Source of the DNA: a bacterium
GTDB taxonomy: Bacteria > UBA8248
DNA: 64,000 nucleotides
NCBI GenBank assembly: GCA_965204535.1
Contig: OZ241996.1
Location: 480,001 to 544,000, forward strand
Direction of reading: 5' to 3'
Shown here: positions 39,571 to 49,023 of the stretch, piece after piece
Numbering within the stretch: the first letter of the stretch is position 1
How the letters are laid out: every line of letters begins with the position of its first letter
Notes under the pieces: generated by a model
Told to the model about the DNA's origin: nothing
Databases searched by the model: none
The model's input: only the letters and a program-made list of their open reading frames with translations
Made by a program: the position numbers and the translations under genes

Positions 39571-39710
39571 TTCGCTTCGCTCCGGATTTCGTAACGCCGT
39601 TTCAGATTTCGGGGGAGAATCCACGATTGGAGCGCGGATGGCAAGCCCGCGCGCTCTTTCGGGAATGTTTCAGGGGAGGGGCGGTGCTTCGGGGGCTGTT
39701 GAAAAATCCC
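39571..39710. repeat. Copy 2 of the ~140-bp direct repeat, upstream of arsC
   Basis: Aligns by eye with 36387-36525. Confidence 0.85.
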
Positions 39711-39894
39711 TGATGAACGAGGGTTTTATGTGACCGGGGAGGGGCGGTTTTGTAGCGGCCGCATATATGCGGCCCTTGTAGTGGGTGAAAAAAATCAGGG
39801 TCGCATATATGCGACCCCTACAGAAGCAAATTTTTCCTCTCTAGGTTTTTCAACAAGCCCCCATAATCGTTAATTCCGTTTCGGCTCGCCGGTC

Positions 39895-40977
39895 TCAAGG
39901 CTCGAGGATGCGCACCTGCTCGCCGCGGAGGCCCACGACGACCTCATCGCCCACGGCGAAGGCGCGGCGGCCGGGGTGGTGGGTGTCGTCGACCAGCAGG
40001 ATGTCCTCGCCGATGGCGACGCTGTAGCGCAGCAGGTTGCCGAGGAACTCGCGGTGCTGCACCCGGCCGGTCAGGACGATTCCGGGCGCCGTCTCGCCGG
40101 ATGCGGCGATGGCGACGTCCTGGGGCCGGAACACGGCGGTCCGCTCCTCGCCCGCCGGGTGGGAATCTCCCGCCAGCGGCAGGACGATGCCGTTCGACGC
40201 GGCGAAGCGCGCTCCGTCATCCCCCGCCTCGACCCGCCCTTCCATGAGGTTCGCCGTGCCGAGGAAGTGGGCGACGAAGCGGTTGACCGGCTCGTCGTAG
40301 AGCTCCATGGGCATTCCCACCTGCTGGAGGACGCCTTCGTCGAGCACGGCGATGCGGTCCGAGATGGTGTTGGCTTCCTCTTGGTCGTGGGTGACGAAGA
40401 TGGTGGTGAGCGCGAGTTCGCGCTGTAAATCCAGAATCTCGCGGCGCATCTGCACGCGCAGGTTGGCGTCGAGGTTCGAGAGCGGCTCATCGAGCAGGAG
40501 CACGCGGGGCTCGACGACGATGGTGCGGGCGAGGGCGACGCGCTGCTGCTGTCCGCCGGACAACTGAGACGGTCGCCTTTCGCTAAGCTCCAGAAGACCG
40601 ACCATGTCCAGTGCGGCGTCGACGCGCTTGGGTATCTCGGCGGAGGGCGTCCTGCGTTCTTCGAGGCCGAAGGCGACGTTTCTGCGCACCGTCATGTGCG
40701 GCCAGAGCGCGTAGGACTGGAACACCATGCCGACGTTGCGCCGCCAGGGGGGCAGCCTCGTCACGTTGTCTTCGCCGATGAGGATGCGCCCGCGCGGCGT
40801 CGGCCCGAAACCCGCGACCGCGCGCAGCAGGGTCGATTTACCCGAGCCCGAGGGCCCCAGGAAGGTGAACAGCTCGCCCGGTTCGATGCGCAGGTTCACG
40901 TCTTTCAGTACGTCGGTCGTATCGTAGGCGAGGCTCAACTGCTCGATGACGACGCCGGCGGCGTGATCTGATGTCAT
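39895..40977 (-). CDS. ABC transporter ATP-binding protein (FbpC/PotA-like, TOBE domain)
   Basis: GPSGSGKST, LSGGQQQR and LLLDEP. Confidence 0.95.
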   Translation of the reverse strand: MTSDHAAGVVIEQLSLAYDTTDVLKDVNLRIEPGELFTFLGPSGSGKSTLLRAVAGFGPTPRGRILIGEDNVTRLPPWRRNVGMVFQSYALWPHMTVRRNVAFGLEERRTPSAEIPKRVDAALDMVGLLELSERRPSQLSGGQQQRVALARTIVVEPRVLLLDEPLSNLDANLRVQMRREILDLQRELALTTIFVTHDQEEANTISDRIAVLDEGVLQQVGMPMELYDEPVNRFVAHFLGTANLMEGRVEAGDDGARFAASNGIVLPLAGDSHPAGEERTAVFRPQDVAIAASGETAPGIVLTGRVQHREFLGNLLRYSVAIGEDILLVDDTHHPGRRAFAVGDEVVVGLRGEQVRILEP

Positions 40978-40980
40978 GGG

Positions 40981-42696
40981 TCACACTCCCGCTACGATGG
41001 CCATATCCGGCGTTTGCTGCGTTTCCTTGCGCTGGATGATGCGGTGCGAGACGTAGGTCGCGATTCCGACGATGAGCACGGCGATGATGCCGAGCGCGGC
41101 GCCCGGGCCGCGTCCCGCCGCCGACTGCATGAACTCGTAGATGCCGAAGGCGAGCGGGGCGTCCGATTCCTGCGAGACGAGCATGATGGTCGTCGAAAGC
41201 TCGACCGCCGCGGTGGCGAAGCTGGTGACGAAGCCGGCGACGATGCCGCCCGACATGAGCGGCACGACGACCCGGTAGATGGTGCGGCCCTTGGTCGCCC
41301 CCAGGTTCTCGGCGGCCTCTTCAAGCATCACGCTCAACTGCTGCAGCGCCGCGACGCAGGCGCGCAGCGCGTAGGGCAGGCGTCTGATGGCGAGGGCGAC
41401 GACGATGATGACCCACCACGAGGCCAGCGGCTTGTCGATGATCGGCACGTTGAACGCGTAGAAGGTGCGCAGATAGCCGATGCCGAGCACGACGCCGGGG
41501 ATCGCCACCGCCCCCATCGCGGCGTAGTCCAGCCATTTGCGGCCGGCCAGATTCGTGCGCAGGACGATGTAGGCGATGGCCGTGCCGAAAAGGACGTCGA
41601 TGCCCGCGGCGAGGCCGGCGTAGAGCAGCGTGTTCGTGATGAACTCGGATGATTCCGAGACCACGCGCAGATAGTGCGAGAAGGTGTAGGCGTCGGGCAG
41701 CACGCTGAACGACCAGACCGTGCCGAGCGAGAGGATGGCGAGGCCGAAGTGCGGTGAGAGCACCAGCAACAGGATGAAGACGACGACCCCGTAGCAGCCC
41801 GCCTTCTCCCAGGGTCTCAAGTCGCGCTTCATCAGCCCGCCGCCGCCTTTCTGCACAGTGGCGTAGTCCTTGCCCCGAAGCGCCAGGAACGAGATCCACA
41901 GCGCGAGCAGGGAGAAAATGACGAGGATGACCGAAATCACGTAGCCCATGGGGTCCGAGATGCCGATGGAGGCGATTCGCAGGTAGGCCTGGGGCGCCAG
42001 CATGTTGTTGATGTTGAGCAGAAGCGGCGTGCCGATGTCGTCAAAGACTTTCAGGAACACTAAAGACGCGCCCGCGACGTAGCCCGGCATCGCCAGCGGG
42101 AACACGATGCGCCGGAACAGGCGCACCCCGCTCGCGCCGAGGTTCTGGGCGGATTCCTCCATCGACCGGTCGATGCTGTTGAGCGAGGCCGAGAGGTTCA
42201 TGAGGATGAACGGGAAATAATGGATGCTCTCGACCAGGATGACGCCGTTCAGGCCTTCCATGAAGGGAATCGTGAAGCCGAACCACTCATCCAGCAGCAG
42301 GTTGACCGAGCCGTTCTCGCCGAGCAGCAGGAGCATCGCCACCGCGCCGACGAAAGGCGGCATGATGAGCGGGAGCACGCCCAGCGTCTGGATGAGGATC
42401 GCCCCGCCGAAATGGAAGCGCGTCGTGAAATAGGAGAGCGGGAGTGCAAAAACCGACGCCAGCACCACCGCCATCAATGCGACGTAGATCGAATTGATGG
42501 CGGATTCCTGGAACAGGCTGTTGCGGAAGAAGTCGACGAAGTTGATGAGCGTCAGCGCGCCCGTATTCGGGTCCTGGAAGGCGACGTAGACCACGTTCAC
42601 GACAGGCACGACCAGGAAGGCGAGCAGGAACAGGCCGACGATGAGGCCCACCGCCGCCGGCCCCCACTGGCCGCGCGCCATCGCTTCCAGAGACAT
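40981..42696 (-). CDS. ABC transporter permease (FbpB/AfuB-like)
   Basis: Two EAA loops (MEESAQNLGA and LEEAAENLGA); about 12 TM helices. Confidence 0.93.
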   Translation of the reverse strand: MSLEAMARGQWGPAAVGLIVGLFLLAFLVVPVVNVVYVAFQDPNTGALTLINFVDFFRNSLFQESAINSIYVALMAVVLASVFALPLSYFTTRFHFGGAILIQTLGVLPLIMPPFVGAVAMLLLLGENGSVNLLLDEWFGFTIPFMEGLNGVILVESIHYFPFILMNLSASLNSIDRSMEESAQNLGASGVRLFRRIVFPLAMPGYVAGASLVFLKVFDDIGTPLLLNINNMLAPQAYLRIASIGISDPMGYVISVILVIFSLLALWISFLALRGKDYATVQKGGGGLMKRDLRPWEKAGCYGVVVFILLLVLSPHFGLAILSLGTVWSFSVLPDAYTFSHYLRVVSESSEFITNTLLYAGLAAGIDVLFGTAIAYIVLRTNLAGRKWLDYAAMGAVAIPGVVLGIGYLRTFYAFNVPIIDKPLASWWVIIVVALAIRRLPYALRACVAALQQLSVMLEEAAENLGATKGRTIYRVVVPLMSGGIVAGFVTSFATAAVELSTTIMLVSQESDAPLAFGIYEFMQSAAGRGPGAALGIIAVLIVGIATYVSHRIIQRKETQQTPDMAIVAGV

Positions 42697-42726
42697 TCTT
42701 TCCCCTTCTCCGCGCAGGCTTCAGGG

Positions 42727-44076
42727 CTAGAGCATGGACGCCGCCTTCTCGGCCAGCGCCCTGGCCTTGGCGTAGTTGGCCTTGACCTGCGCGTCCCATT
42801 CGCGTTCGATCTCCGCCTGGCGTCCCGTCACCTTCGTGGTCGCCTTCTTGCGCTTCTTCTTGAAGATCGCGTTGAATTCCTTTTTGCTCGCCTGGGCCGC
42901 GGTGATCGGCACCTTGGCGACGAGCGCCTTGGCCTCGTCGATCAGCTTCTTCGCCGCCATGTTTTTCTTGCCGCCCATCTGCGCCTCTGCGGCCTGGATG
43001 GCCTTGGTCGCCGCGCGCAGATCGCTTAAGCGGTAGGTGACCATCACGTCGAAGAGCGAGTTGATGACGTTGTAGCGGTTTTTGGAGAGCTGCAGGTCGA
43101 ACTTGACCGCTGCGCCGATGGACTTGTCCTTGAACGGGTTCGGGAAGTCTTTGGGCGCTTTGGCGTATGTCGCCGGGTTCACGGGCAGCCGCCTGATTTT
43201 CTTGTCGAGCAGCACTTCCTGTCCCGCGGGCGTGAGCAGGAACTCGATGAACGCCGCCGCGGCCTTGGGATGCGGCGCGTTCTTGACGATGGCGATGTTC
43301 GCGGGCACCAGCGTCGTCACCGGCGGGTAGATGAATTTCACCGGAAAACCCGAAGCCTCGGACGAGAGCCCAAAGAAGTCGATCACGATGCCGAGGCCGA
43401 ACTGGCCGGAGTTGACGCCGTCGGGCACGCCGAAGCTGCGCTCGGTGACGGTCTTGAAGTTGCCGGCGATGGCCTTCCACTCCGCCCAGCCTTTCTCCCA
43501 GCCCTTGCCCTGCAGGAGGGTTTCGACGGTCAGGTGGGTGGTGCCCGAGCGCGAAGGCGCGCTCATGCCGACGTGGCCGTGATAGACGGGATTCGCCAGA
43601 TCGGCCCAGGTCTTGGGTTCCGGCAGCTTCTTGGCCTTCAAGTAGCGGGTGTTCCACATGATGCCGTAGCCCGACGCCGCGAACCCCTTGTAGTAGCCCT
43701 CGGGGTCGTTGATCGGAAAGGCGCCCACCTTCTTGGGGATGCCCTTCACCTTGACCGTGTATTTCTGCAGGAGGTTGTCGCCCTTGAGGACCTCGAAGGC
43801 GTCGGGCGCGGATGCCCAGAACATGTCGGAGCGGTTGTTCGAAGCCGTCTCTTGTAAGTACTTGATGCCGGCGGTGGTCTTTTTCTTGAGCATCTCGACC
43901 TTGACGCCGGGGTGTTTCTTCTCGAAGGCCTTCTTGACGGTGGTCGTCGTATCCGGCGGATAGGACGTCACGATGACGAGTTTTTTCTCGAGCGCGACCG
44001 CGCCGAGGGGCGCCGCCAGGACGGCCAGTGCGAAGCCGAACGCGATGGCCCAGAGAGTCGTTCTCTTGATGGTCAT
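42727..44076 (-). CDS. ABC substrate-binding protein (AfuA/PgtC-like)
   Basis: Signal peptide; WASAPDAF, PSRSGTTH and IVIDFF. Confidence 0.88.
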   Translation of the reverse strand: MTIKRTTLWAIAFGFALAVLAAPLGAVALEKKLVIVTSYPPDTTTTVKKAFEKKHPGVKVEMLKKKTTAGIKYLQETASNNRSDMFWASAPDAFEVLKGDNLLQKYTVKVKGIPKKVGAFPINDPEGYYKGFAASGYGIMWNTRYLKAKKLPEPKTWADLANPVYHGHVGMSAPSRSGTTHLTVETLLQGKGWEKGWAEWKAIAGNFKTVTERSFGVPDGVNSGQFGLGIVIDFFGLSSEASGFPVKFIYPPVTTLVPANIAIVKNAPHPKAAAAFIEFLLTPAGQEVLLDKKIRRLPVNPATYAKAPKDFPNPFKDKSIGAAVKFDLQLSKNRYNVINSLFDVMVTYRLSDLRAATKAIQAAEAQMGGKKNMAAKKLIDEAKALVAKVPITAAQASKKEFNAIFKKKRKKATTKVTGRQAEIEREWDAQVKANYAKARALAEKAASML

Positions 44077-44284
44077 AGGATTATCCTCCTCGTTTTCCCA
44101 AAGGGGGCTTGTGTGTCAAGCGTCTTCAGTTTTCACAGTGAATCCGACATAATTCGGAGCCGGGAGTATACCACAAATAGCGCCAAAACAAGCGGCGAAA
44201 CCTATGCCGCAGGCGCAGAATGAGTGCGCGCTTTCGGGGGCTCCGCCTGAGACTTTTATCCCTTCACTGCGGAGCCTGCCCGCG

Positions 44285-44884
44285 CTATGACTTGTTCAAC
44301 TCCACGTCGATGGCGATGCGCACCTCGTTGCCCACGACGAGCCCGCCCGTCTCGATCAGGCGGTTGTACTTCACCCCGAAATCCTTGCGGTTGATCCGCG
44401 TGGTGGCGCTCGCGCCCATCTTGACGGTCCCGCGCCCCGTGGTGACCTCCCCGCTGATGTCGGCCACCTTGAGGACCACCTCTTTCGTGACGCCCCGGAT
44501 GGTCAGGTCGCCGACGAGTTCGAGGCCCTCCGGTCCCGCATTTTTCACGGATTTGGACTTGAACGTGATGGTGGGGTGTTTCTCGACGAGCAGGAAGTCG
44601 TCGTTCCGCAGATGGTTGTCGCGCCGCGCGTTGCGCGTGTTGATCGAGTCGGCGTCGATGACGATGTCCGCAGCCGCGGCGCCGGGGTTCTTCCGATCAA
44701 AACGGACCTTTCCCGAAACTCTCTGGAATTCCCCCTGCACCCAGGTGACGCCCAGGTGGCGCACCTTGAAGGAGACCGTCGTGTGGGTGGGGTCGATCCT
44801 CCAGTCGGCGGCTTGGGCGAGAGCGGGAGCTGTCAGCCATGCCGCCGCGATGAGCGCTGCTGCATATTTCGCGAATCTGTTCAT
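44285..44884 (-). CDS. YceI family protein
   Basis: IDPTHTTVSF.VRHLG, RDNHLR, GDLTIRGVTK and INRKDFG. Confidence 0.93.
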   Translation of the reverse strand: MNRFAKYAAALIAAAWLTAPALAQAADWRIDPTHTTVSFKVRHLGVTWVQGEFQRVSGKVRFDRKNPGAAAADIVIDADSINTRNARRDNHLRNDDFLLVEKHPTITFKSKSVKNAGPEGLELVGDLTIRGVTKEVVLKVADISGEVTTGRGTVKMGASATTRINRKDFGVKYNRLIETGGLVVGNEVRIAIDVELNKS

Positions 44885-45011
44885 GAGTAATTCCTCTGTA
44901 TGAATGGGTACCGGCGGCAAGAACGCGCATGATTTTAGGCGCGATGGCGCAAATGCGCAATGACGGGGAGGTATTCCATTTTCATACAGCGTCGATTCGG
45001 ATTCGCATCCG

Positions 45012-45400
45012 GGGGGGATGTTGAAAAAGGCCCCTTTTCAGGGGATAAAGGCAACCCCCCCCTTGACAGGGGGGCTTTAGCAACAACCCCACACATGCGT
45101 CGCTTTGCTTTTGATCGTCATTCCGGCGAATGCCGGAATCCAGAGCCGATGAGAGAATCCTGGGTTCAGGGAATCCCGCCGCGCATATCGGATCGCCGAA
45201 TGATGGATTTTTTTCCACTCATGTCCGCCTGGATTCCGGCATTCGCCGGAATGACGAACGAAACTGCGCCGCCTCATCCTGAGTAGCGGCGGAGCCGCGT
45301 ATCGAAGGATGCCCGCTCGTACCGGCGCGAGCCACTCGCTCTTCGATACAAACGCTCCTTTCTCAGTCACGTTTTACCTTCGGCAGCTACTCAGGGTGAG
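45012..45400. repeat. IS1182-like ends, a CGTC-family REP doublet (45116-45256) and a further TCATCCTGAG...CTCAGGGTGAG palindromic element
   Basis: CGTCATTCCGGCGAATGCCGGAATCCAG ... CTGGATTCCGGCATTCGCCGGAATGACG; second copy at 52893-53032. Confidence 0.85.
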
Positions 45401-45511
45401 GAAAGAGGCGTTGGCGATTTTCAGGGGTCGAATACGGGACTTTTTCAAGATCCCTCAGGGCAGGCTTGTCCGGCGTTTCGTTTCCCGACGACCGGCCCCG
45501 GCGTTGCTTCG

Positions 45512-45883
45512 CTATGCGTCTCCATACCGTTGCGGGGATTCTTCCTCCGTCTTTCGCCCCTCCAGGTACTTGCCGTACTCATCGTGCGCCGTCTCGTCGC
45601 ACAGATCCGGCCCGCGTTTATACGCCGCCCGCGATATCAGGTGCGCGGCGACGGGCGCGGTCAGGAAGAGGAAGAAAATGGCCAGAAGCGCCTGCGTCGT
45701 GACGGCGGCGCTCTGGAAGATGAGGCTGGCGCCCAGGAGGATGCCGCCCATGCCGAAGGTCGTCGCCTTGGTGGCCGCGTGCATGCGGCAGTAGACGTCG
45801 GGCAGGCGGATGAGGCCGATGCTGGCGACCAGCATGAAGAACGAGCCTCCCAGCAGCAGGACGGCGGCGAGTGCGTCACTCAA
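45512..45883 (-). CDS. mrpG: Na+/H+ antiporter subunit G
   Basis: GLIRLPDVYCRMHAATK and LTAPVAAH. Confidence 0.92.
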   Translation of the reverse strand: MSDALAAVLLLGGSFFMLVASIGLIRLPDVYCRMHAATKATTFGMGGILLGASLIFQSAAVTTQALLAIFFLFLTAPVAAHLISRAAYKRGPDLCDETAHDEYGKYLEGRKTEEESPQRYGDA

Positions 45884-46145
45884 TGATCTTCCCCCTCTCC
45901 AAAAACTTCGCATACACCGTCGTGCCCACGAAGCTCAGGATCGCCAGGGCCAGCACGGCGATGATGAACAGCTTGTTGTGCGTCTGGATGGCGAACAGCG
46001 CGATGACGCCCAAGACGTTCGTGGCGAGGGTGTCCGCCGCCACCACGCGGTCCGACGTCGTGGGGCCCTTGGCGAGGCGGATGAACGCCAAGAGCACCGA
46101 TGCGCCCATCATGACGAGGCTTATCTGAACGGCGAGCGCTATCAT
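45876..46145 (-). CDS. mrpF: Na+/H+ antiporter subunit F
   Basis: RLAKGPTTSDRVVAAD. Confidence 0.92.
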   Translation of the reverse strand: MIALAVQISLVMMGASVLLAFIRLAKGPTTSDRVVAADTLATNVLGVIALFAIQTHNKLFIIAVLALAILSFVGTTVYAKFLERGKIIE

Positions 46146-46615
46146 TCCACGGCTCCCACGATGGGTTCTTCCAGCCCCTCCCGGATGCCCTCGGCCACCT
46201 CGTCGGGGTGGTCGATGTCCAGCGTGTGGACGAATATCGTCTCATCGTCATCCGACACGTCGATGCTCAGCGTGCCGGGCGTGAGCGTGATGGAGTTCGC
46301 CAGCATCGTCACGCCCAGGGGCGTCTTGCAGACCGTCTTGTAGGGGATGATGCCCGGCCGAATGGATAATTTGGGCGAGAGGACGATCTTCAGCACCTGG
46401 ACGTTGGCGATGAGAAGCTCCCAGGTGAAGCTCCGCAAGTATCTGAAATAGCTGCCGATGCGGAAGAACGTCCTGTCCTGGTAGTAGGATTTCTTGAGGA
46501 AGCGGATGATGAAGATCGCCATGATCAGCCCGACGAAGAAATGCCCCGGCGTCGCGCTCCCGTGCAGGAATATCCAGATGGTGGCGATGGTGAATGCGAG
46601 CGTGGCGAGCGGCAT
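46142..46615 (-). CDS. mrpE: Na+/H+ antiporter subunit E
   Basis: LANSITLTPGTL. Confidence 0.92.
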   Translation of the reverse strand: MPLATLAFTIATIWIFLHGSATPGHFFVGLIMAIFIIRFLKKSYYQDRTFFRIGSYFRYLRSFTWELLIANVQVLKIVLSPKLSIRPGIIPYKTVCKTPLGVTMLANSITLTPGTLSIDVSDDDETIFVHTLDIDHPDEVAEGIREGLEEPIVGAVE

Positions 46616-46627
46616 CAGGCGTCTCTC

Positions 46628-48103
46628 CTATCCCAAATCCCGCATGGCGGCGATGTAGAGTTCGGGCTTCGTGATCTGGGCGGCCACGAGCTGCGCCCAC
46701 TCGAAGAGCCAGTAGGCGCCCACGCCGAAGATGACCGCGAAGGCCGAGAGGAAGGCGACCGAGCCGTATATCCCTGCGCCCGCCGCCCCGACCTCGCCGC
46801 CGCCCGTCCCCCAGGCGTAGCGCTGGTACGTCGTGAAATTATAATAAAGCGATATCACGCCGAATCCCAGGGCGATCCCCGTCGCGAGAATCGCGCCCTG
46901 TGAGAACCCCGCCTGGAGCACGAAGAGTTTGGCGAAAAAGCCCGTGAACGGCGGAAAGCCCGCCAGGGAGAGGAACCCCACGAGCATCAAAAGGCTCGCG
47001 AAGGGCGCCTTGCCCATCATGCCGCCCATCTCTTCGAGATCGACCGTGCCGGTGAGCTTCTGGTTCAGCCCCGCGCCGAGCAGCATCGCGCTTTTCAAGT
47101 ACGCGTGGCCGACGATGTAGAAGACCGCCGCCGCGAGGCCGGCCTGGGAGAGCAGGGCGACGCCGAAGGCGATGTAGCCCAGCTGGTTGATGGTGCTGTA
47201 GGCCAGGATGCGCTTGATGCTCGTCTGGGGCAGGGTGCCGAGCGCGCCCATGGCGATGGTCAGGAGGCACAGGAGGATCAGTCCGGGTTGCAGTATCAAA
47301 AACGCGGCCGGGAAGATGAGCGTGGCGCAGCGGATGATGGAGTAGATGCCCACCTTGACGAGCACGCCCGCGAGGATCGCGCTGATGGGGGTGGGCGATA
47401 TAGAGTGCGCAGACGGCAGCCACAGGTGCATGGGGAAGATCGCCGCCTTCACGCTGAAGACGAAGACGAAGACGAGCGCCGTCACCACCATCAGGGGCGT
47501 CGGCCCCAGGAGCTTTATCTTTACGGCCAGGTCGGCCATGTTCACCGTGCCCACCTGGGCGTAGAGCAGCGAGACGCCCAGCAGGAAAAGCGCCGATGCG
47601 ATCAGGTTCAGGCAGGTGTACTTGAAGGCCATCTCGAGCTGGTCGAGGTTGTAGTAAAAGCCCAGAAGCGCGTAGGTGGACATGAGCATGACTTCGAAGA
47701 AGACGAACAGGTTGAACAGGTCGCCCGTGATGAAGCAGCCCTGCATCCCCATCAGCAGGAAATGGAGCAGCGGATGAAAGGCCTCTTTACGCTGTTCGTC
47801 CGTGAGGTAGCTCCTCGCGAAGACCGCGCACGCCCCGACGATGGAGGAGGAGAGACACAAGAGCGTCGCGGCGAGCCTGTCCGCCGCCAGGACGATGGCG
47901 TACGGGAAAGGCCACAGCCCCATCCGGTGGACGAAGATCGTCCCGTCCGCCGTCGCGTGCAGGAGCACCCCTGCGAAGATCAGGTTCGCCAGCAGGGCGA
48001 GCAGGCTCACCGATTCCTGCAGCGCGCGGTTCTTTCTGACGAGGAACAGGAACGTGCCCACCGCCAGCGGCAAGACGACGAAGGTCGGGAAGAAGGCGTT
48101 CAT
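46628..48103 (-). CDS. mrpD: Na+/H+ antiporter subunit D
   Basis: TGDLFNLFVFFEVML, KAAIFP.H.WLP and KRILAYS. Confidence 0.93.
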   Translation of the reverse strand: MNAFFPTFVVLPLAVGTFLFLVRKNRALQESVSLLALLANLIFAGVLLHATADGTIFVHRMGLWPFPYAIVLAADRLAATLLCLSSSIVGACAVFARSYLTDEQRKEAFHPLLHFLLMGMQGCFITGDLFNLFVFFEVMLMSTYALLGFYYNLDQLEMAFKYTCLNLIASALFLLGVSLLYAQVGTVNMADLAVKIKLLGPTPLMVVTALVFVFVFSVKAAIFPMHLWLPSAHSISPTPISAILAGVLVKVGIYSIIRCATLIFPAAFLILQPGLILLCLLTIAMGALGTLPQTSIKRILAYSTINQLGYIAFGVALLSQAGLAAAVFYIVGHAYLKSAMLLGAGLNQKLTGTVDLEEMGGMMGKAPFASLLMLVGFLSLAGFPPFTGFFAKLFVLQAGFSQGAILATGIALGFGVISLYYNFTTYQRYAWGTGGGEVGAAGAGIYGSVAFLSAFAVIFGVGAYWLFEWAQLVAAQITKPELYIAAMRDLG

Positions 48104-48450
48104 CCCTTGAGCCTCCTGATCTCGTCGATGTCGTCGGTGCCGAACTTCTTGTAGGTGAAGAACGCCAGCACGAGCAGGAACGCCGTCACGGCCAGGCTGA
48201 TGACGATGGCGGTCAGCACCATGGCCTGGGGCAGGGGGTCGACGTAGGCGAACGGGTCGAGCGGGCCGCCCGTTTTGGGGACGATGGGCGCCTTGCCGTC
48301 CCCCACCCAGCCCGAAGCGACGATCATCAGGTTCGCGGCGTGGCTTAGCACCGCCATGCCGAGCACCACCTGAATGATCCTGCGCTGCATGATGAGGTAG
48401 GAAGCCACCGTCACCAGCACGCCGATGATCATCGCCAGTATCCAGACCAT
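48100..48450 (-). CDS. mrpC: Na+/H+ antiporter subunit C
   Basis: DPLPQAMVLTAIVI. Confidence 0.93.
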   Translation of the reverse strand: MVWILAMIIGVLVTVASYLIMQRRIIQVVLGMAVLSHAANLMIVASGWVGDGKAPIVPKTGGPLDPFAYVDPLPQAMVLTAIVISLAVTAFLLVLAFFTYKKFGTDDIDEIRRLKG

Positions 48451-48597
48451 TTCATAACTCCTGCGTGTTTTTCCGTCCTACGCAGTTTGTAGGGGTCGCA
48501 TATATGCGACCCTGCTTTTTACGCCTGCCGACCATGGGCCGCATATATGCGGCCCCTACACGACCAATCACAACCGCTCCCGCTCGATTCCTCAACC

Positions 48598-49023
48598 TCA
48601 TGAATCCTTCGCCTCCTCCTCGCAGAGGTTGGTGAAGATGCACATCACCACCCCGACCACCACGCCGTACACGCCCACGTCGAACAGGAACGCGGTGAAC
48701 AGCTCCACGTCGCCGATGAAGGGCAGGGCGAAGCGGTAGATCGAGCTCTTGAGATACGCGCCTTTTATATAGCCCCACACTCCCGTGAGGGTGGAGAGCG
48801 CGAGCCCCGCCAGGAAGATTCCCTCGTAGGGCCAGTTGAACCGCCGCCGGCCTTCTTCCGCGTCCACCGCCACCCACTGGAGCACGATGCCCACCGACGT
48901 CATCAGCCCCGCGATGAACCCGCCGCCCGGCTGGTTGTGGCCGTAGATGAGCAGGAACATGGAGAAGAGCAGCGTCAGGTGCAGCACGACGGGCGCTATC
49001 GTCTGGAGGATCAGTGATCGCAT
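48598..49023 (-). CDS. mrpB: Na+/H+ antiporter subunit B
   Basis: [12 protein letters not shown] and FDVGVY. Confidence 0.93.
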   Translation of the reverse strand: MRSLILQTIAPVVLHLTLLFSMFLLIYGHNQPGGGFIAGLMTSVGIVLQWVAVDAEEGRRRFNWPYEGIFLAGLALSTLTGVWGYIKGAYLKSSIYRFALPFIGDVELFTAFLFDVGVYGVVVGVVMCIFTNLCEEEAKDS

